A DNA stretch of 64,000 bases. It comes from Hormiphora californensis. Lineage: Eukaryota > Animalia > Ctenophora. A program made the translations under genes and the position numbers. Below, piece after piece: positions 36,022 to 51,028 of this stretch (position 1 is the stretch's first letter; every line of letters begins with the position of its first letter). The stretch lies in NCBI GenBank assembly GCA_020137815.1, contig CM035358.1, positions 1,984,001-2,048,000 on the forward strand, read 5' to 3'. The notes beneath the pieces were generated by a model. It ran no database searches. It saw nothing but the letters and a program-made list of their open reading frames with translations, and was not told the origin of the DNA.

Positions 36022-36869
36022 TAAGTTGCAGGGAATTTATTCTGTAGCGAACAAGATTCAAGCACATATTATTCAGCGAAATCTCTCTGCTATAATTAAG
36101 CTTGTCAAATAAAACAGCTGGGCAATTTTGAACGACTTTAAATTTGTCGAAATTCAACAGGATAAAATAAATAGGAGCAAGACGCCGGCTAATTATAAGT
36201 TATTTTATCTCCACTCCGCTCATACGTCAAAGACGGTTGTCAAAGAAAACATCTGGGCACTTTTGAACGACTTGAGCTTTTTCAAATTCGTCGAAATGCA
36301 ATAGGAGCAAGACGCCGTTTTGGTTATTTTACCCCCACCCCGCTCATACGTCAACTACGCCATTCTATACTCTCCCCTGAATCGATATAAAAATAGTTCG
36401 GTACCAGACACTTCAGAAATCATATTGAGACTCTATCGACACTTCCAAACTATCTCTCTCCCTCTCTTGCTCTATCTCTCCCTCTCTCTCTCTCTCTCTC
36501 TCGCTGAATGCATTGAAATACCAGGGCAAGTAACTAAGTAACTGCTGCAGTGTGGTTAAGTTGAGCACTAAAGCCCACTTGATCCGCCGCGGGTGCAATA
36601 ATTATCCCAGAAAAAACGGGGAGAGAAAACTAAGAAAGGTAGAGAGATGAGAGAAGGAGAGAGAGAGGGAGGGAGAGAGAGAGGAGGAGAAAGGCAAGAA
36701 AGAGAGAGAACGGAAAGAGAGGAGAGGATGAGAGAGAGAGAGAGAGAGAGGAGAGGAAGCGGAGACGCGAGAGACGAGAGAGAGAGAGCAGAGAGAGAGA
36801 AGTAGATCTCTCTCTTTCTCTCTCTCTCTCTTCTCCTCTCTCTCTTATCTTCCATCTCTCTCTCTCCTC

Positions 36870-36904
<35 letters not shown>

Positions 36905-39204
36905 CCACTGGACCCTGTTTATGTCAAAGATAGAATCCAGAAAGGAAATAGTATCAGTTATATATGTCACTCGGTGCTGATCAACTGACCAGATCACGCA
37001 CATGATAAAGGCGACCCCGCGCTTAGCCGAATAGCCTATTTAAATCGACTGGGGAAGGTCAGAGTTGCGCTTGTCCTTCCTCGCTGTTTGTTTAATTCAT
37101 TTGTCATAATATTAAAATAGGTGTGATAATGAACTCGGGTCCCATTAGGGGCTTCTGAACAATAGCGATATGATGAAGTAACAGGAACAGATGAAAATGT
37201 TTATAAATGAAGGGCTATCAAAGAGAGAGTTAGATAGAGATAAAGAGAGAACAAGAGAGATAGAGATAATAAATAACTGATTAAACTCTTATGGGGCGCG
37301 GAGAGAAGGTCGAGCAAGGCAAGTTATATAGCTAGGGGTGGATCAAAAGCTGACTCCATTCCTTTATTGATCGAACAAAAGAAGTAATATGTATGTATTG
37401 CGATCGGGAGATAGATGGGGAGACACATCCCTCTCTAAGATGTGGCAGAAGTATCAAAGAGAGAAGTGTAGAGTCAAAAAAAGAACATTGTATCAGAGAA
37501 CTGAAGTATGTGTAACAGAACTCTTTCTATTACCCCATTACGTTCTTTCACTTTCTCTCTATCCCTCTATCTTTCTCTCTATCCCTCTATCTTTCTCTCT
37601 TTCCCTCTATCTCTTTTCTATCTTTTATCACTTTCTCTTTTTGCAGCTAATGTATATCGCACAAACTATAAACTATAATTTGATATCTATCTCTCGATAT
37701 CTATCTCTCTATCTCTCCTGATCGACGTTTATCTCCTTCTCTCCCTCCCTTCCATCTCTCTCCCTTTCTCTGTCTATTTCCACCGTACTTCCACCCCTCT
37801 CATGGTTGTAAACATCACACCCCCAACCTTCCCCCTTCTCCCCGAATTCCCACCAGTCTCTCTCCCCCTAACCCCCACCTTCCTTTCTCCTACTGTACTA
37901 AAAAAAAGACGGTAGCAGGTGGCAAAATATCAAGGTCACTAGTAGTGCAACCAAATTTGAACCATGATGTTTGTACTAGGACCATCTGATTCCCTTTCTG
38001 GTTCTTCCCTTCCCACCGCGAGAGAGACTGGAGAGAGAGATCCTCAGAGCGAGCGACGCGAGATTGCTCATCTCTGATATCTCTCTCTGCGCTCTCTCGG
38101 GTCTTTCTTTCTTCTGTAGTGTTCTCTCTATTGTCGTATTAAAGTTGACCCCTTCACCTGATCTCAAAGGGATGACCCGAATGAACTGAGCATTTACTGT
38201 AATTGCAACCACTGGAAAAGAAATAAAGATAGAAGGAGAGAGAGAGTGGAAGGAGAGAAAAAGAGAGAGATATAGTAATATATAGAGAGAGAGAGAGAAA
38301 AAGAGAGAGATATAGTAATATAGAGAGAGAGAGAAACTGAAAATAATAGTAAAACAGTGTTAAGCCGCAGACTGGTTACGCTCTGTCCCCCCTCACTACG
38401 TCACACAATGCCAGGCAGGTGACACAGTACTGTTAAGAAGAGAGCGCACATGCTTCAATGCATATGTGGTGTTGCCCCCCGAGAGTAGGATCAATTGACC
38501 AGTCTTTCTGGAGCCTGCATCCCCCTCCCTAGTTTCAAACATGATGTGTGTCTCTATCTCTCTCTCTCTCTCATCTTCTCCATGTCTCGGCATGACGCGT
38601 CTCAACAAAACTGGGACAGTTTTGGCTCTGCACAAAGCGAGGAAGAGTACACGGAGAGGGCCGATCATGATCATCAGTATAGGATCTCATTGATCAGGCT
38701 GTAACAATAGCTATATCTAGTCTAGACGTGGGTATCGGATGAGTAGCAGGTCACCTGGTGGTGAGTGATTGTATATGATGGTGAGTTGTGATTCCTAGCG
38801 AGTTGTGATTTCAAAATGAAACTAAGATGGTTCATGGCGAGTTGTGATTTCTATACAACAGTCGAGTCAAGTTCATTACAATAGTTTAATGAGTGGCATT
38901 AAATCAGTAAACTAGCGACACTAGACAAAGTGGGAAGGAGAGCTAGGGAAAGAGAGAGAGAGAGAGAAATTGGCAGAGAGAGAGATTGGCAGAGAGAGAG
39001 AGAGAGAGAGAGAGAGAAATTGGGGCCAGACACACGTTAAAAGCACGTGGCTAGTTACCTTGTTCTTGAGGTGCGAATGAGCGGCGAGCCATTATAGAAC
39101 TCAATATAAAGCTACTCAAATAGAATTGTATAGACTCAAATTGAAATAAATTAAAATGAAAGTAATAATTCCGGCATCCTTCGGCTTCGTTACAATGAAT
39201 GAAG

Positions 39205-39315
39205 CCAGGAACCGACCGAATCAGGAAATACTGGTCCATGATTGGCTGATAACCAGTCACGTGACCTAAATAGCGAGTTCTGATTGGTTGTTTACTTATG
39301 TCGGTCGGTTCCTGG
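39205..39315. mobile_element. 111-bp MITE
   Basis: TIR CCAGGAACCGACCGA and 7-bp TSD AATGAAG. I recall its translation (QEPT..SKQPIRTRYLGHVTGYQPI) as a frequent repeat in Pleurobrachia gene models (not verified). Confidence 0.85.
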
Positions 39316-40780
39316 AATGAAGATGTTCCGACGAGGATATTGATCAGTCGGTATGTGGACACAATAACGGAGACTATAATACACCTTTGCAACTTAAGTA
39401 ACGCGTATAATATGCAGCATTAAAGAATCGTTAATGCAGGTTCGAGCTCTCTTTTTCTCTTTAATGTATCCCTTTAATGCACCAACTACTTCTGAACCAC
39501 TACTATTTCCCTTGACCGATAAATCGAAAAGCTATAAGGAAAAGAGAAGCGCCTAGAGATCCATGATTTAATAGCTATAAAGATCTATCCTTAGTGCGAA
39601 TTTGGATATCTACTTTACTATCGTAAGAATCTTTTAAAAGCGTTAGACTCTTAGTATTATAAGGGACCAAATTACAAAAAGTATTTAGATGTTTTTTGAA
39701 AAATTTAAAAAATCGTGGGTCAATTTACTGCACGGCACGCGTTGTTGAGTTGAAAAGTGCTAACAACCCAATCAAAAGACGTGTGACGCCAAGCTCGGCT
39801 ACAATTTTCAAAAAATCTTACTTTTTGTAAGTTGCTCTGTAGAAAGCAGTTAACAACAATTACCTCTTTCACCCCGAAGATAGTTTGCGAGTTTGCGAGA
39901 TCAACTGAAGTGATCTCAACTGCAATTATACCATCTTCTCTCCACCCCACTTCCACTTATGTCCTTGTCTCTTATTCCAATTTCATCATTCTCCCACCCC
40001 CTCCTTCTCCCACCCCCTTTCTCCCTTTGTTAAGTGGTTGCCGGTTTAGAAAAATTACACAATCTGTCACATTGAATAAGGCTCACTTGGGAAGGATTGA
40101 TTTTTAAAACGAATATATAATTAGGTAATATTTATTTCGAACTGCATAGAATGTGTTTACAGCTGTAACAAATTGTTAAAATTAAAATTAAAATGCCAGA
40201 AAATCAGAAGTCCTTCTCTAGTATAATAGTCAGATGGTGACAGTAGACACGGAGGGAAACACACGATACTCAGCTGCTACTGACCCACGCTGAAAGATAT
40301 TGACTATGTCAGAAGTTGTTATATTTCTCAGTATTTAAAACACAGTTCTCGGAAGTTTGTCTCTCGGAAATTTGTCTCTCGGAATATTTGATATGTCTTA
40401 TAGCCTGCTAATTTTGAATGATTTGAGACTATGAAGTGTGAATTAGTCAAACAAAAGCTTAAATTGTTCGTACTGACACAAAGGTTATTAAGGTGTGAAT
40501 AACTAATTGGGAAAGGAATCTCTATGGTCCCATCCCTCAATCTCAACCATAGTGGAGACGGCCTCAAAGAAGAAGAAGAAGAATAACTAATTGATATACA
40601 ATGAAGTTGTGTGTCTCACACCGTCATTTTATTATCATAGAGCGAGCACGCTCTGTGCAATGGTTCGGTAGATCAACAATGTATGGTAGGAACAGACTTG
40701 TGATAGGAGTCAAGAAGAGTTGGGATTGAAGATATATGTCGCAGATACGTCTAGCACAAGCGAGAGAGATAGAGATAGTT

Positions 40781-40854
<74 letters not shown>

Positions 40855-41811
40855 GAAGAGATAACATTATATGGAGATATAGGAAATGGAACGTCAACTA
40901 TTAAACGTGTACTATTGACACGCCCGGGCCCCGGCACCTATTAGACAGTGCGACAGAATGATGGTGCGACAAAGGGAAACGATTCCAATGGTTACGTCAA
41001 ACAAATGTTTCGCTACCACGGAGGGCAGATCGTGAGTGACAGAAATGTACAAAGAAATTTGAGGTTCGACGGTGTGATGAAGCGGGGGTCAGAGAGAACC
41101 TTATTGGTCGATAAACAGGCGTTTAAAGATAAAGCTATTTACAGCTTCAACTAACAACTTCGCAAATTTTTAGCCTTGTCTCCCTGTTTTATTCTCTCTC
41201 TTTCCCTTTCATACCTTGGACATGAATTTCCCTAAAACCGAGAATTCCCTTTCCCTTCTTTATGACTAGTACGTAGTCAGTGTATGTTTCTGGTCCACAG
41301 TCCACAATCGCATAGTTTGATCGGGCACTGAAATAAAACATTTATGTAAAGTGGCTGGTCAAGGTAATGCCTCACGAATGCCAGTAAAATGGATAAGAAA
41401 GAAAATAATTTTTTGACGTGGCTCCTTCTTGTGATGGATTAAATTCAATACTTAATTAACGTAGTGATGAATGATTTTGTACAATTAAATACACCTAAAG
41501 TAGAGGTTCCTACTCAGGCCACATCTTGTCCACCCTTTCTCTGGGTGATGGGTAAACACCTGCAAAGAAAGGAACTGATTTTCAAACAAATATATAGACA
41601 ATCTGCACAAGTACTAGACAAACAAACTATACTAGCATGCAGTAAACAGACAGGCAAATGTCAAAAAAGGCACACGCTCACAGCTCGCCACTTACAGTGA
41701 ATCCGCGATGTGAACTTCAGGACGGGTTTCAGATGGAACAGACTGACCCACCCAACATGATAGATGTTATCAAGAGACACCGCCACCCACTCACCAAGAC
41801 CGTTACTCATC

Positions 41812-41820
41812 NNNNNNNNN
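41812..41820. other. Assembly gap (N run)
   Basis: Run of n characters. Confidence 1.
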
Positions 41821-41933
41821 CCCCCCGTCCCCCCCCCCTTCTCTCCACGTTCCCCAACATCTCCCTGACGATTAGGAGTCTTGGGTTTCCCTCTATGGGT
41901 TATAATTTCTCTCTTTCTCGCTCTCTCTATCTC

Positions 41934-41985
<52 letters not shown>

Positions 41986-42796
41986 CTTTCTCTCTCGCTG
42001 CATGACTTACTTCTACTTGTATTTAGTATTACCCAGTGCTTGATAGAGCGGTACTATTTGAAGCTAATCACCTTGTTAAACCCTCATGACAGCCAAGTTT
42101 TACTACCGGCTAAATTCTTTTCAGTTTTATTTTAAACTCTTCGTGAAACTATTTCAACTTTTATAACAGTATTTTCGAATGTACCTTTGGGTACTTACAG
42201 TGAGTTGTACCTTTTGGGTACTTACAGTCTAGTAGCTAGGTATAAGGGTGACGCCGGGATTGGGTAGCAAGGCCCAACGTATTAACGGAGCATAATTTTG
42301 GATATAGGAAAGAATATTGAAAGATTTCGGCAGATGTATTAGAAAATTAGGTACAAACTAGAGTGTACTAACAATGGGAAAGTATGGCTGTCCCCGTCTT
42401 TTAATTTTAAACCCCAGCTTCAGGCTGTGCTGACGGTGCGTGACTTTACAGGTAGTTTCAGCGCCCCAACGAATTCTTCCACATTCCTGTGAAGGGGGAG
42501 AAAAGGGTTGGATTTGGCCATGAAGGCCGAATAATTTATTATTCCAAGCAAGATTCTTTCTTTTGTTTCCCCATCCATTTTTGTCCTACTATAAAGTTTT
42601 TATTATTTTTCTAATTCCTCCATTTTCTCCTCTTTTCCTCTTTCTCCCGATAGGTTCTCTCTCTCTACTACTAATTAAGGCTTGTGAAGTGTGGGCATTT
42701 TCTATTGTGTGATTTATTGTGATGAGGAGGAGTCTACATGTACTTCAGGAAATCCCTATAGTCTCAGCTATTTTTAGGGAGAAAGAGAGAGAGGGG

Positions 42797-42898
<102 letters not shown>

Positions 42899-44101
42899 GA
42901 GAGAGAGAGAGTGAGAGAGAGAGCGAGAGAAAAGAGTCGACGAGCTATAGTTACAGTTCCTACTGATACAGATCTTCTTTCTTCTAAATTTTCTGTGCAC
43001 TTTTATTCTTCCCCTATCGTGTGGTAATTTTTAGATCTATCTGTTTTTTTACCCTGGTATATTTTGAAGATGATAAGATAGATGTATCCGATATTTGCCT
43101 TGCTCAACCCTCTCTCGACCTACGACGTAAGAAATTTTGTAAAGGAGTGTTACATCATAACAATCCGATATAGTGAGTGGGTTGCAAATATTCTTGGTTA
43201 CGAAGTCACGATGTGTATCCTAGGGCTCGCAATGAGGGGTAATTTCATTACCAACATGAATATGCATGGCTTGATGAGATAATTGAATGATTCATACCAT
43301 CTTCTAAAGGGTTGTATCCCTAGTGTATATTTACCTTGTTAATTGAGTTACATAAATTATCCTAATAATGCTTCTCGTAAACTTACTATCCTTCCACTTT
43401 CTATATATAAACGCATCAACTCGCTTTCTCAATCCATCTAAGAGATTGATCTCTCACTCGAGCTTGTCGGTATCATATCCCATTCCTCTATTCTATCTAC
43501 TAATATCACTATAGATTCCAAGAAGTTTTCCAAGAATTGGGGGATATATCTAGGATCTATCATTTCTGTTGTTATGAGTTCTACATATTACTGTCCTATC
43601 ATTTCACGTATTTATATCAAGCGTTGGATTAGGTGTTGACTGCTGTTGTCAATTCGCAGACAAGAAATATATTTGCATACGTTATGCCAGAAAACTTTAA
43701 GACTTAAGAGCTTTGCTGATCTACTTTTAGAGAGATACCGAGGAAGAGAGAAATAAAGAGATAGAAAGACAGAGGTAGAGAGAGAGAGAAATAGAGAATT
43801 ATTCTCATTCCTATCCTATGGTTAGCTGCACGTCACTAGTGCTCTCTTGACGCATTATATATACCGCTCTTTGAAGAATATTTAATTTAGTAGCTCTTGT
43901 CATGCATGTGCTAGAATCCAGTATACTACTGATTAGTATCTAGATATTGCATACTGGCATATGTCTGTTGATCAATTATTATCTAGAGTAAGGGTTAGAT
44001 TGGAACGACAACAATCTACCATCTAGAGAAAGACAGTGGGACACCCTGTACTCTATAGATCTCGTGATTCGGCCTGTTTTATTATCTGAAAAAGTATCAT
44101 A

Positions 44102-44868
44102 TCATATCTTACCTTGGGAGTCTCCCTTATCGGGCTGGAACCACAAACTACTCATCGCCTGTCTGATCTGTTCCTTCTTCAAAGATTCTGCATCTTCGTG
44201 TGGGATGGTTGCTAACAATTCCTCCTTGTCAAACCAAACCCCTCGATCTAATATTATTGCTCCGTCTGGTGCTGGTTTCTCTTTTTTCGTGGTGGTCTTT
44301 GGTTTCAACCGGCCCACTTTAAGAGTTCCCACTTTGATCTTTGTTTTAGTTACTTTTTGGCGGGGCTGCTGGGCGGTAGTTTTTGAAATCTGATGAGTGG
44401 GTGATTGTTTAACAACTTTCGAGGAATTTTGTTTGGCACTTGCTGAAGATTTATGCTTAGCAACCGTTGAAGATTGTTGCTTAGAAGTATGGTCAGGTTG
44501 TTTAGTTTTGGAAACTTCTTCTTCAGATGTAGTTTGTTGGTCTGTCTGATTATCAGCAGTCTGTTCCTCATCTCCATATCTGTTCAATGGTCCAGGTAGA
44601 TCAGGTAACGGTGGTTCGTCCGGCAGGTCAGGAAGCCCAGGTGCTTCATTCGGGATACCTGGGGGTGTCTTAGGCAGGTCAGGCAGCTTGGGTGCTTCGT
44701 CAGGAACTGGCAACTTGCCAATTCCATCTCGTAGAGTTTTTTGTCTTGCTTTAGCTGTTGACTGGACGTCTTGAAAGAAGTTTTCACCCTGAAATGGTAT
44801 TGATAAGTTATTCGTCTGCTTGTTCGATTTTCAGAGTTATTCTCTCTCACTAAACTCTCCCTGAACAA
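44102..44868 (-). CDS. Hypothetical Pro/Lys/Gln-rich coding segment (possibly frameshifted)
   Basis: 203-aa ORF with (P..P.LPDLP) repeats plus an overlapping upstream ORF. Not simple-repeat derived; no family recognised. Confidence 0.35.
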
Positions 44869-46205
44869 GGACCATTGACCAAGTGTCGTGACACGGTCTG
44901 TTGAAAAGTTAACAAAACGACGACAAGTCGAGCTAAAGGGGGTGTGTGGTAGAGATAAAGAGAGAGCGAGAGAGATAGAAATGAGGTGTCACTTCAATAG
45001 CATGGGTAGTAGGTATTTAGTTCAGTCCTTTCAACACAGCGTTCTTTTGACCTTCATGATATACTATATGTACGTGACACCTTTGACTTCGCTTGACAAC
45101 TTTTACTTTATATATTAGTCGCTCTATGTCTCTCCCTGCCCCCCCCCCTACTACTTCTCGCTCTTCTGACCTGGATAGAGTGTCCTAGAAAGAGAAGCAA
45201 AATAAGCATTTTGGTACAGAATCATGTCCCTGGATCACGTTCTTCCATCCTACAATGAGAGGTTTAGTAGAAACAGACTCCTTAGTGACACTATGACAAA
45301 TGGCAAGCAAGCGCCGGTTGATTAGATAAGACCTGTAGCGAAATAAGAATCTAATATCAAGTTGTTGTATCAAGGGGACAATGTCAAGAGAAGAGTGAGG
45401 GCACTGCATAAGGGCGTTCCAGGGATGGTTTTAAACACTGATGTGACAGGGAACGTGGAATATACAATATACAATACACACGACATAGTACACCTCAATT
45501 CTCAATTCGCTCCATCTAGACATTCAATTATGTATGCTAAGAATGCTTTTACAATTTAGCTTCAGAAGGACTGCATAACGAGAGAATTAAATGAGACCCG
45601 GTGATTGTTAGACACAGGTCAGGTAGCATCACGTTATATATACAAGACTGCAAAGATTTCAGGGGAGACTTTTCAATAGCTGGTGTCATTAAAACCTAGT
45701 GCTACGTTAGAATTTCGTTGGAACAATCACACATTGTACCGACTATGATTGTACTGACTATGACAGACATGGACATGGACTATGACAGACATGGGGAGAT
45801 ACAGGGCACAGGCAAATGCCTAAGGAAAAGAAAGAACATCACAGATAAAGAGAAAGAAGGAAAGATATTCAGATTAGCTTTTTCATGATTAAATGGCTTA
45901 TGTTCATATACAATAAAGAGTTAATGCCCCCCCCCCCAGGATTTAATTACGACTTTTGATTTGCCTGTCATGAGCTATTGTAGTCTGCATTATGCAGAGT
46001 GGTAGTCGAGTAGTCTGCATTATGCAGAGTGCAGTGTGTTCATGCCATGGGTTGTCTAATTGTCGCTGCGTACATTATACTCTAGCCCTAGTCCATTATT
46101 CAAGACCATGAATACGACCTTCCCTCTCTCTCTCTCTCTCTCTCTCTTTGATCTTTCTCCCCTCTCTCTATCATATTTCTCCCTCTCTCTCTATGATATT
46201 TCTCC

Positions 46206-46281
<76 letters not shown>

Positions 46282-46520
46282 TTCTCTCTTTTCTCTCCAT
46301 CCTCTCCATGCATCAGTCTCCGAGTCTCTCTTCGTTTCTTGGTGCTTCAATCCTTGTCCATCTTTAGTAATTTGTCATTTGTCTATGATAACTGATTTCG
46401 GCATAACAATAGCCCCCAATACTGGCTAACCTGTCCCTATTTAGTTGGGCCCATCTTCCACTTAGACTTTATGAGTTTCTATCTCTCCCTGTGTACTCCC
46501 TATCTATCTCTCACTATGTA

Positions 46521-46567
<47 letters not shown>

Positions 46568-47163
46568 TCTCTCTCTATCTCTATATCTCCCACTCTCCCT
46601 ATGTCTCTCTATCATCTTTTTTCTTTACTTTCTCTCATCTCAATCTCAATCTACGCCCATCAATGTGCGATGTGAACCTATTGTTTTCGGCCCGTTTCAA
46701 AGGAGAATTTAGGTACACTGCATATATTGCACCCCCCCCCCCCCCACAAGAGGGACCGGGTCAGCCGTCAGAGTAAGAGAGGCGAGAGAGAGATAGGAGA
46801 GATAGTAAACGAGAGAGTGGGGACATTATAATTATTGGAGGGAGAGCAAACAATAATTTTAGCGCAACACAAGATTTAGCTTTTTAATGTGCCTTTAACA
46901 ACACTGTAGTGAATGTCACAATGTGCTTGTTTTGGGATCTCATCCCTCTCTCTATCTCTATCTCGTTCTATCATATTCTAACTTTGTCTTTCTTCCTTAC
47001 GTTTCTTTTGATCATCTCAATATGAATATGATATAACGTCGTGTTATAATGGTTATGATGCTTGGATTTGTTCAGCAGTAGTATGAATCTAGACCCACAT
47101 ATCGGGGGATCAAAGAGAGGCTCTTGTAGTGAAATAGAGAGAAGGAGAGGGGAAAGAGAGAGA

Positions 47164-47239
<76 letters not shown>

Positions 47240-47391
47240 GGGAGAGAGAGAGAGAGAAAGAGAGACTAGAAGGAGTTGTGTATATGCACATAACGTGTAC
47301 CGAGATCGCCAATTTTACCACCTCCACCAGAAATTACAATCACGCAAAGATCAAGCTGTAGTAGCCTCTTACTGCACATGTTTTTGTTTGT

Positions 47392-47470
<79 letters not shown>

Positions 47471-48253
47471 ATGCAATTCCTGTGATGGCCTAGTATAGCT
47501 GGTATTCCTGCCAGTACGTTTGTCTGACTACGATTTATTGGCCCTAGACTACAAAACTATGCACACATTTCAAGAGACCAACTCATGTTTCAAGATCAAA
47601 TCATGATCATGTTTATCGATTCTTTTGTTATGACTATTGTCGATTAATTGACCAGGTTTCATCTTAGGGCTGGTTTTTCATTTGCTGATAGAGTGTATAG
47701 AATTGCTTAGATTGCTTTATCTTTCTATCTTTCTATATCGCTCTATCTATTGTGTAGTGTTGTCCCCTCTATCGTTCTATCCTCCATTATATAGTTTTTC
47801 TCCTGTTGTAATTGTAATGTCCCCTTTATGTTATGTATGCACTCTCACCTGCTATGTAGTAAATTAGTCATTATTGATGATGCAACCCTTGTATATATTC
47901 CTTCTCTTTTTAGTCATTATCTATCACTGTCTCAGGCCTATCTTTTCCAGACCTCTTATTTTCATTGCTGTCTGGTTCTTTCTCTTTGTTTCCTTTTTTG
48001 TCACTGCTGTATCTATTTTATTCTCTCCTCTCTGGCCTTTCCTGGGTCCATTAGAACTATTATCTCCTTTGCTATTACCACATTTTGAACATTTAAGCAC
48101 TTGAGCTTTGTACCACCTCTCATTGTGTTTTTAATCTTCCAAAGTTTTACAATTTAAAATCTTCTCAATGTGTTTTACAACTTGAAACCCCTCTCTAGAA
48201 TTGTCGCAACGGCACTATGATTACATGAACAGAGAACGGACTCCTGAATCAAG

Positions 48254-51028
48254 ATGATATTGCTTCTGTTGATCGTGCCCGTAGTCTCCCCCTCCCTCCT
48301 CCTCTTCTACCTACCAAACAATATGTACAACACCGAACTCCGCTCCACAGTTGCATACGGAATGCGCCAAGTCCAACTCCGGGTGCGATTCCAGATTACC
48401 CATCAAGTTCACAGTACTGACAATGTGGTTAAGACCCTAGTTGAGTGTCTGAATGGAGGGGATGTACTCGCTGTGTTGGGTGTTTTCAAAGATCAGGATA
48501 TTGAGGATCTAGCGGCTATAGTTGATGCTTACAATATCCCGGTGTTTGTGCTGAATCGAATTGGAACTACCCCATCCTCACTCAACTTTTACCTGACGAA
48601 ACCGACCGTCCAGAGCGAGCTAGGGAACCTCCGTCGAGTCCTCGATCACTTTAAATGGGAGGAAGTGACCTATTATCTAGAGTCCACTGAGGCATCCCTA
48701 CTGTCCGGCCAGGGTCGCTGTTGGGACAAGAGGGTGCTGGAAGGTACCGAGATGGCAGGGATATCATGTACAAACTATAGTGTGGTCGTGACAGTTGGGT
48801 ATTCAGCGTTCAACCGGCAGTTTCTGACCCGGTGGGGACAACAGACATGTCGGGGTCTGGTCGTGCTTCAATATTATCTGGGTGATGGGTCCGGGCTGAC
48901 TGCAACAAACGGGACATTCCTCTCGGGGGATCTGTTGATATTGCAACAGAGGAGGTACCCGGTGGTGGAGACTGCTACTGGAGGAACTGCACAGGTTCTA
49001 CCTGGATATAAATATGGGTGCCTTACACCAGGGTAAGTAATGGGACTCGTTTTCTCTTTCATTTGTTCTTTCTCCCTCTTTCCTTTTCAGTTTCTACTCA
49101 ATTGTTTCTTTCCTCCCAACTCTATTTTCCCCGCAGATGCGAGAAGTATACGATCAAAGACTCCTACCAACAACCCGAATCTGTCCTACTAATCCTGGAC
49201 ACCATCAGACTCCTGGAGTCCCTGCTCAGACAGGGCTACCAACTCACCCGCGATAACATCATGGGCAGAGAGTTCCGGTCGGTGGGTGGCCAGTGGACCT
49301 CGCTGGATGTCCAGGGTTACAGCTACAACCAGTTGGAGTTATACAAATCAGGGGTAGCAGGTCGGTTGGAGCTGGTTGGATCTCTAGATGAGAACCGAGT
49401 TAGAGAGATCCCCACAACCTGGGTATCCAGTGCGGGAACTGCACCCCTAAAACGGGCCTGTGGAGTCCCCGTCTCCACGGTCACGGAGAGTGCGGCTGGA
49501 GATGATGGGAGGGGTGGAGAGAAGATGACAGTAGCGGTTCAGGTCCTGGTTAACCTACTAATGGGGGTACTTGCTGTCACAACCTTAGTATTCTGGTTTG
49601 TATTTCGGAGAAACAAGACGATTCTACCGATCAGTATTGCCTTTCCGTATCTCTACTGTGTCCTTCTCATCTCCCTTGCCTCCACACTACTGATACAAGG
49701 GGAGGAATCAACGCGAGTGTGTCTACTTCACATGGCTCGTAATATCATGGATTATGTCTACTTTTCAATATTCTTCTTCCTTCTTGTCTCGTACAGGTCA
49801 CCCTCCCTCGTCCCCTCGGCCATCTTTCTAGGAGTCCTCATTGCCGTGAAAATAATCATCCTGCTCCGACAGACACTGATCCAAAGTGACAATACCACCC
49901 GATTCTGCTATGGAATCAACTCAGAGCCGACCAGTAGTTTCCTTATCTTCGCACTCCTGCCCTTGTCAGCGCTCTGTATCTCCCTAAAACACTTTGCTAA
50001 CCTCAGACAGATCTACTGGTTCCTGTTTGGTTTGTGTGTGTCCCTCACCCTGGAAGCAGTTGTATTCGCCCTACCCCTTCCCCCGGTGTGCCTCGCCGCA
50101 CTATACGCATCCAGGGCACTTCTCATGTGTGGGTGCTTCGTCCAGTGCGGAAGCTCGGCCGCCCTGAAAGTGGCGGAAAGTGAGGAGGGGGAGAGGATGC
50201 TTGAAGGGGGAGGAGGAGGAGGGAGTAAAGTGAGGTTCTCACTACAAGACCCAACCCGAGATGCCCTATCCCCTCAGCTCACCTGGGATGAGAATGGAGA
50301 TGCGCCATATCACCATGACGACGAGGATGATGGTGGACCCCGGAGTAGGTTGGATACCTTTCCAGTTAGAGTGAGATTGGATCACTGCCTCACTCCAGTT
50401 TCCACCAGTGAGGAGTTAATGAGTCAGGGCGAGGTGGCGCCCAACTCTAAACACGGGCTAGTTGGCATCACTGAGGAGGATGACTGATGATGATGAGAGT
50501 TCTATACCGGATACAATCCAGATAAATCGTGATGGTTACCATGGTAACTACCCTCCGCAAATTCCAACCCGAGCAAACGGAGATTACTTGCACAGGCAGC
50601 AGGATATGGGAGAGGGTTACTCAGCGGTTACATACTCCTCCAACAATAACGGATCCTCGTCTACACTATCTGAGATAATCAGGAAACGCCGACAAAGTAA
50701 TTCTGATAATGAGGAGGAGCAGCTGGTGACATGTCAACACGAGGTCACGTGTCGTCACGGTGTGACATGTGTACATGGGAGCGAGTTCCGGTACATGCAG
50801 AACGGTGGTAACCATGGGGGTTCTTGTGGTTACCATGGTAACGATGGTAACGAGGTGGAATCTTGTGGTTACCATGGTAACGGTGGTAACCATGAGGATT
50901 CTTGTGGTTACCATGGTAACGACGGCTACGGTCACATCAGGCCGGGCAAGGAACATGACTATGTGAACTTGGGAGAACATGATCATCAGACTTTAGCACG
51001 GACTGTAGCTGCGATGACTTCTGTGTAG
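48254..51028 (+). CDS. Class C GPCR-like protein (Venus-flytrap-like ectodomain + 7TM; GABA-B/mGluR-like), 2 exons
   Basis: Signal peptide, AAIVDAYNIPV and RVLDHFKWEEV (ANF-receptor-like). In-phase intron at 49033-49136. TM helices with VFRRNKTI, EESTRVCL and extracellular Cys. Probable 1-nt indel near 50485 in the C-tail. Confidence 0.7.

Noticed and set aside
35419-36157. Cys-rich or repetitive ORFs, or a CRISPR-like array, in the 30-bp repeat
   Set aside because: Head-to-tail minisatellite with no unique spacers. Several frames are open only because the unit is 30 nt.
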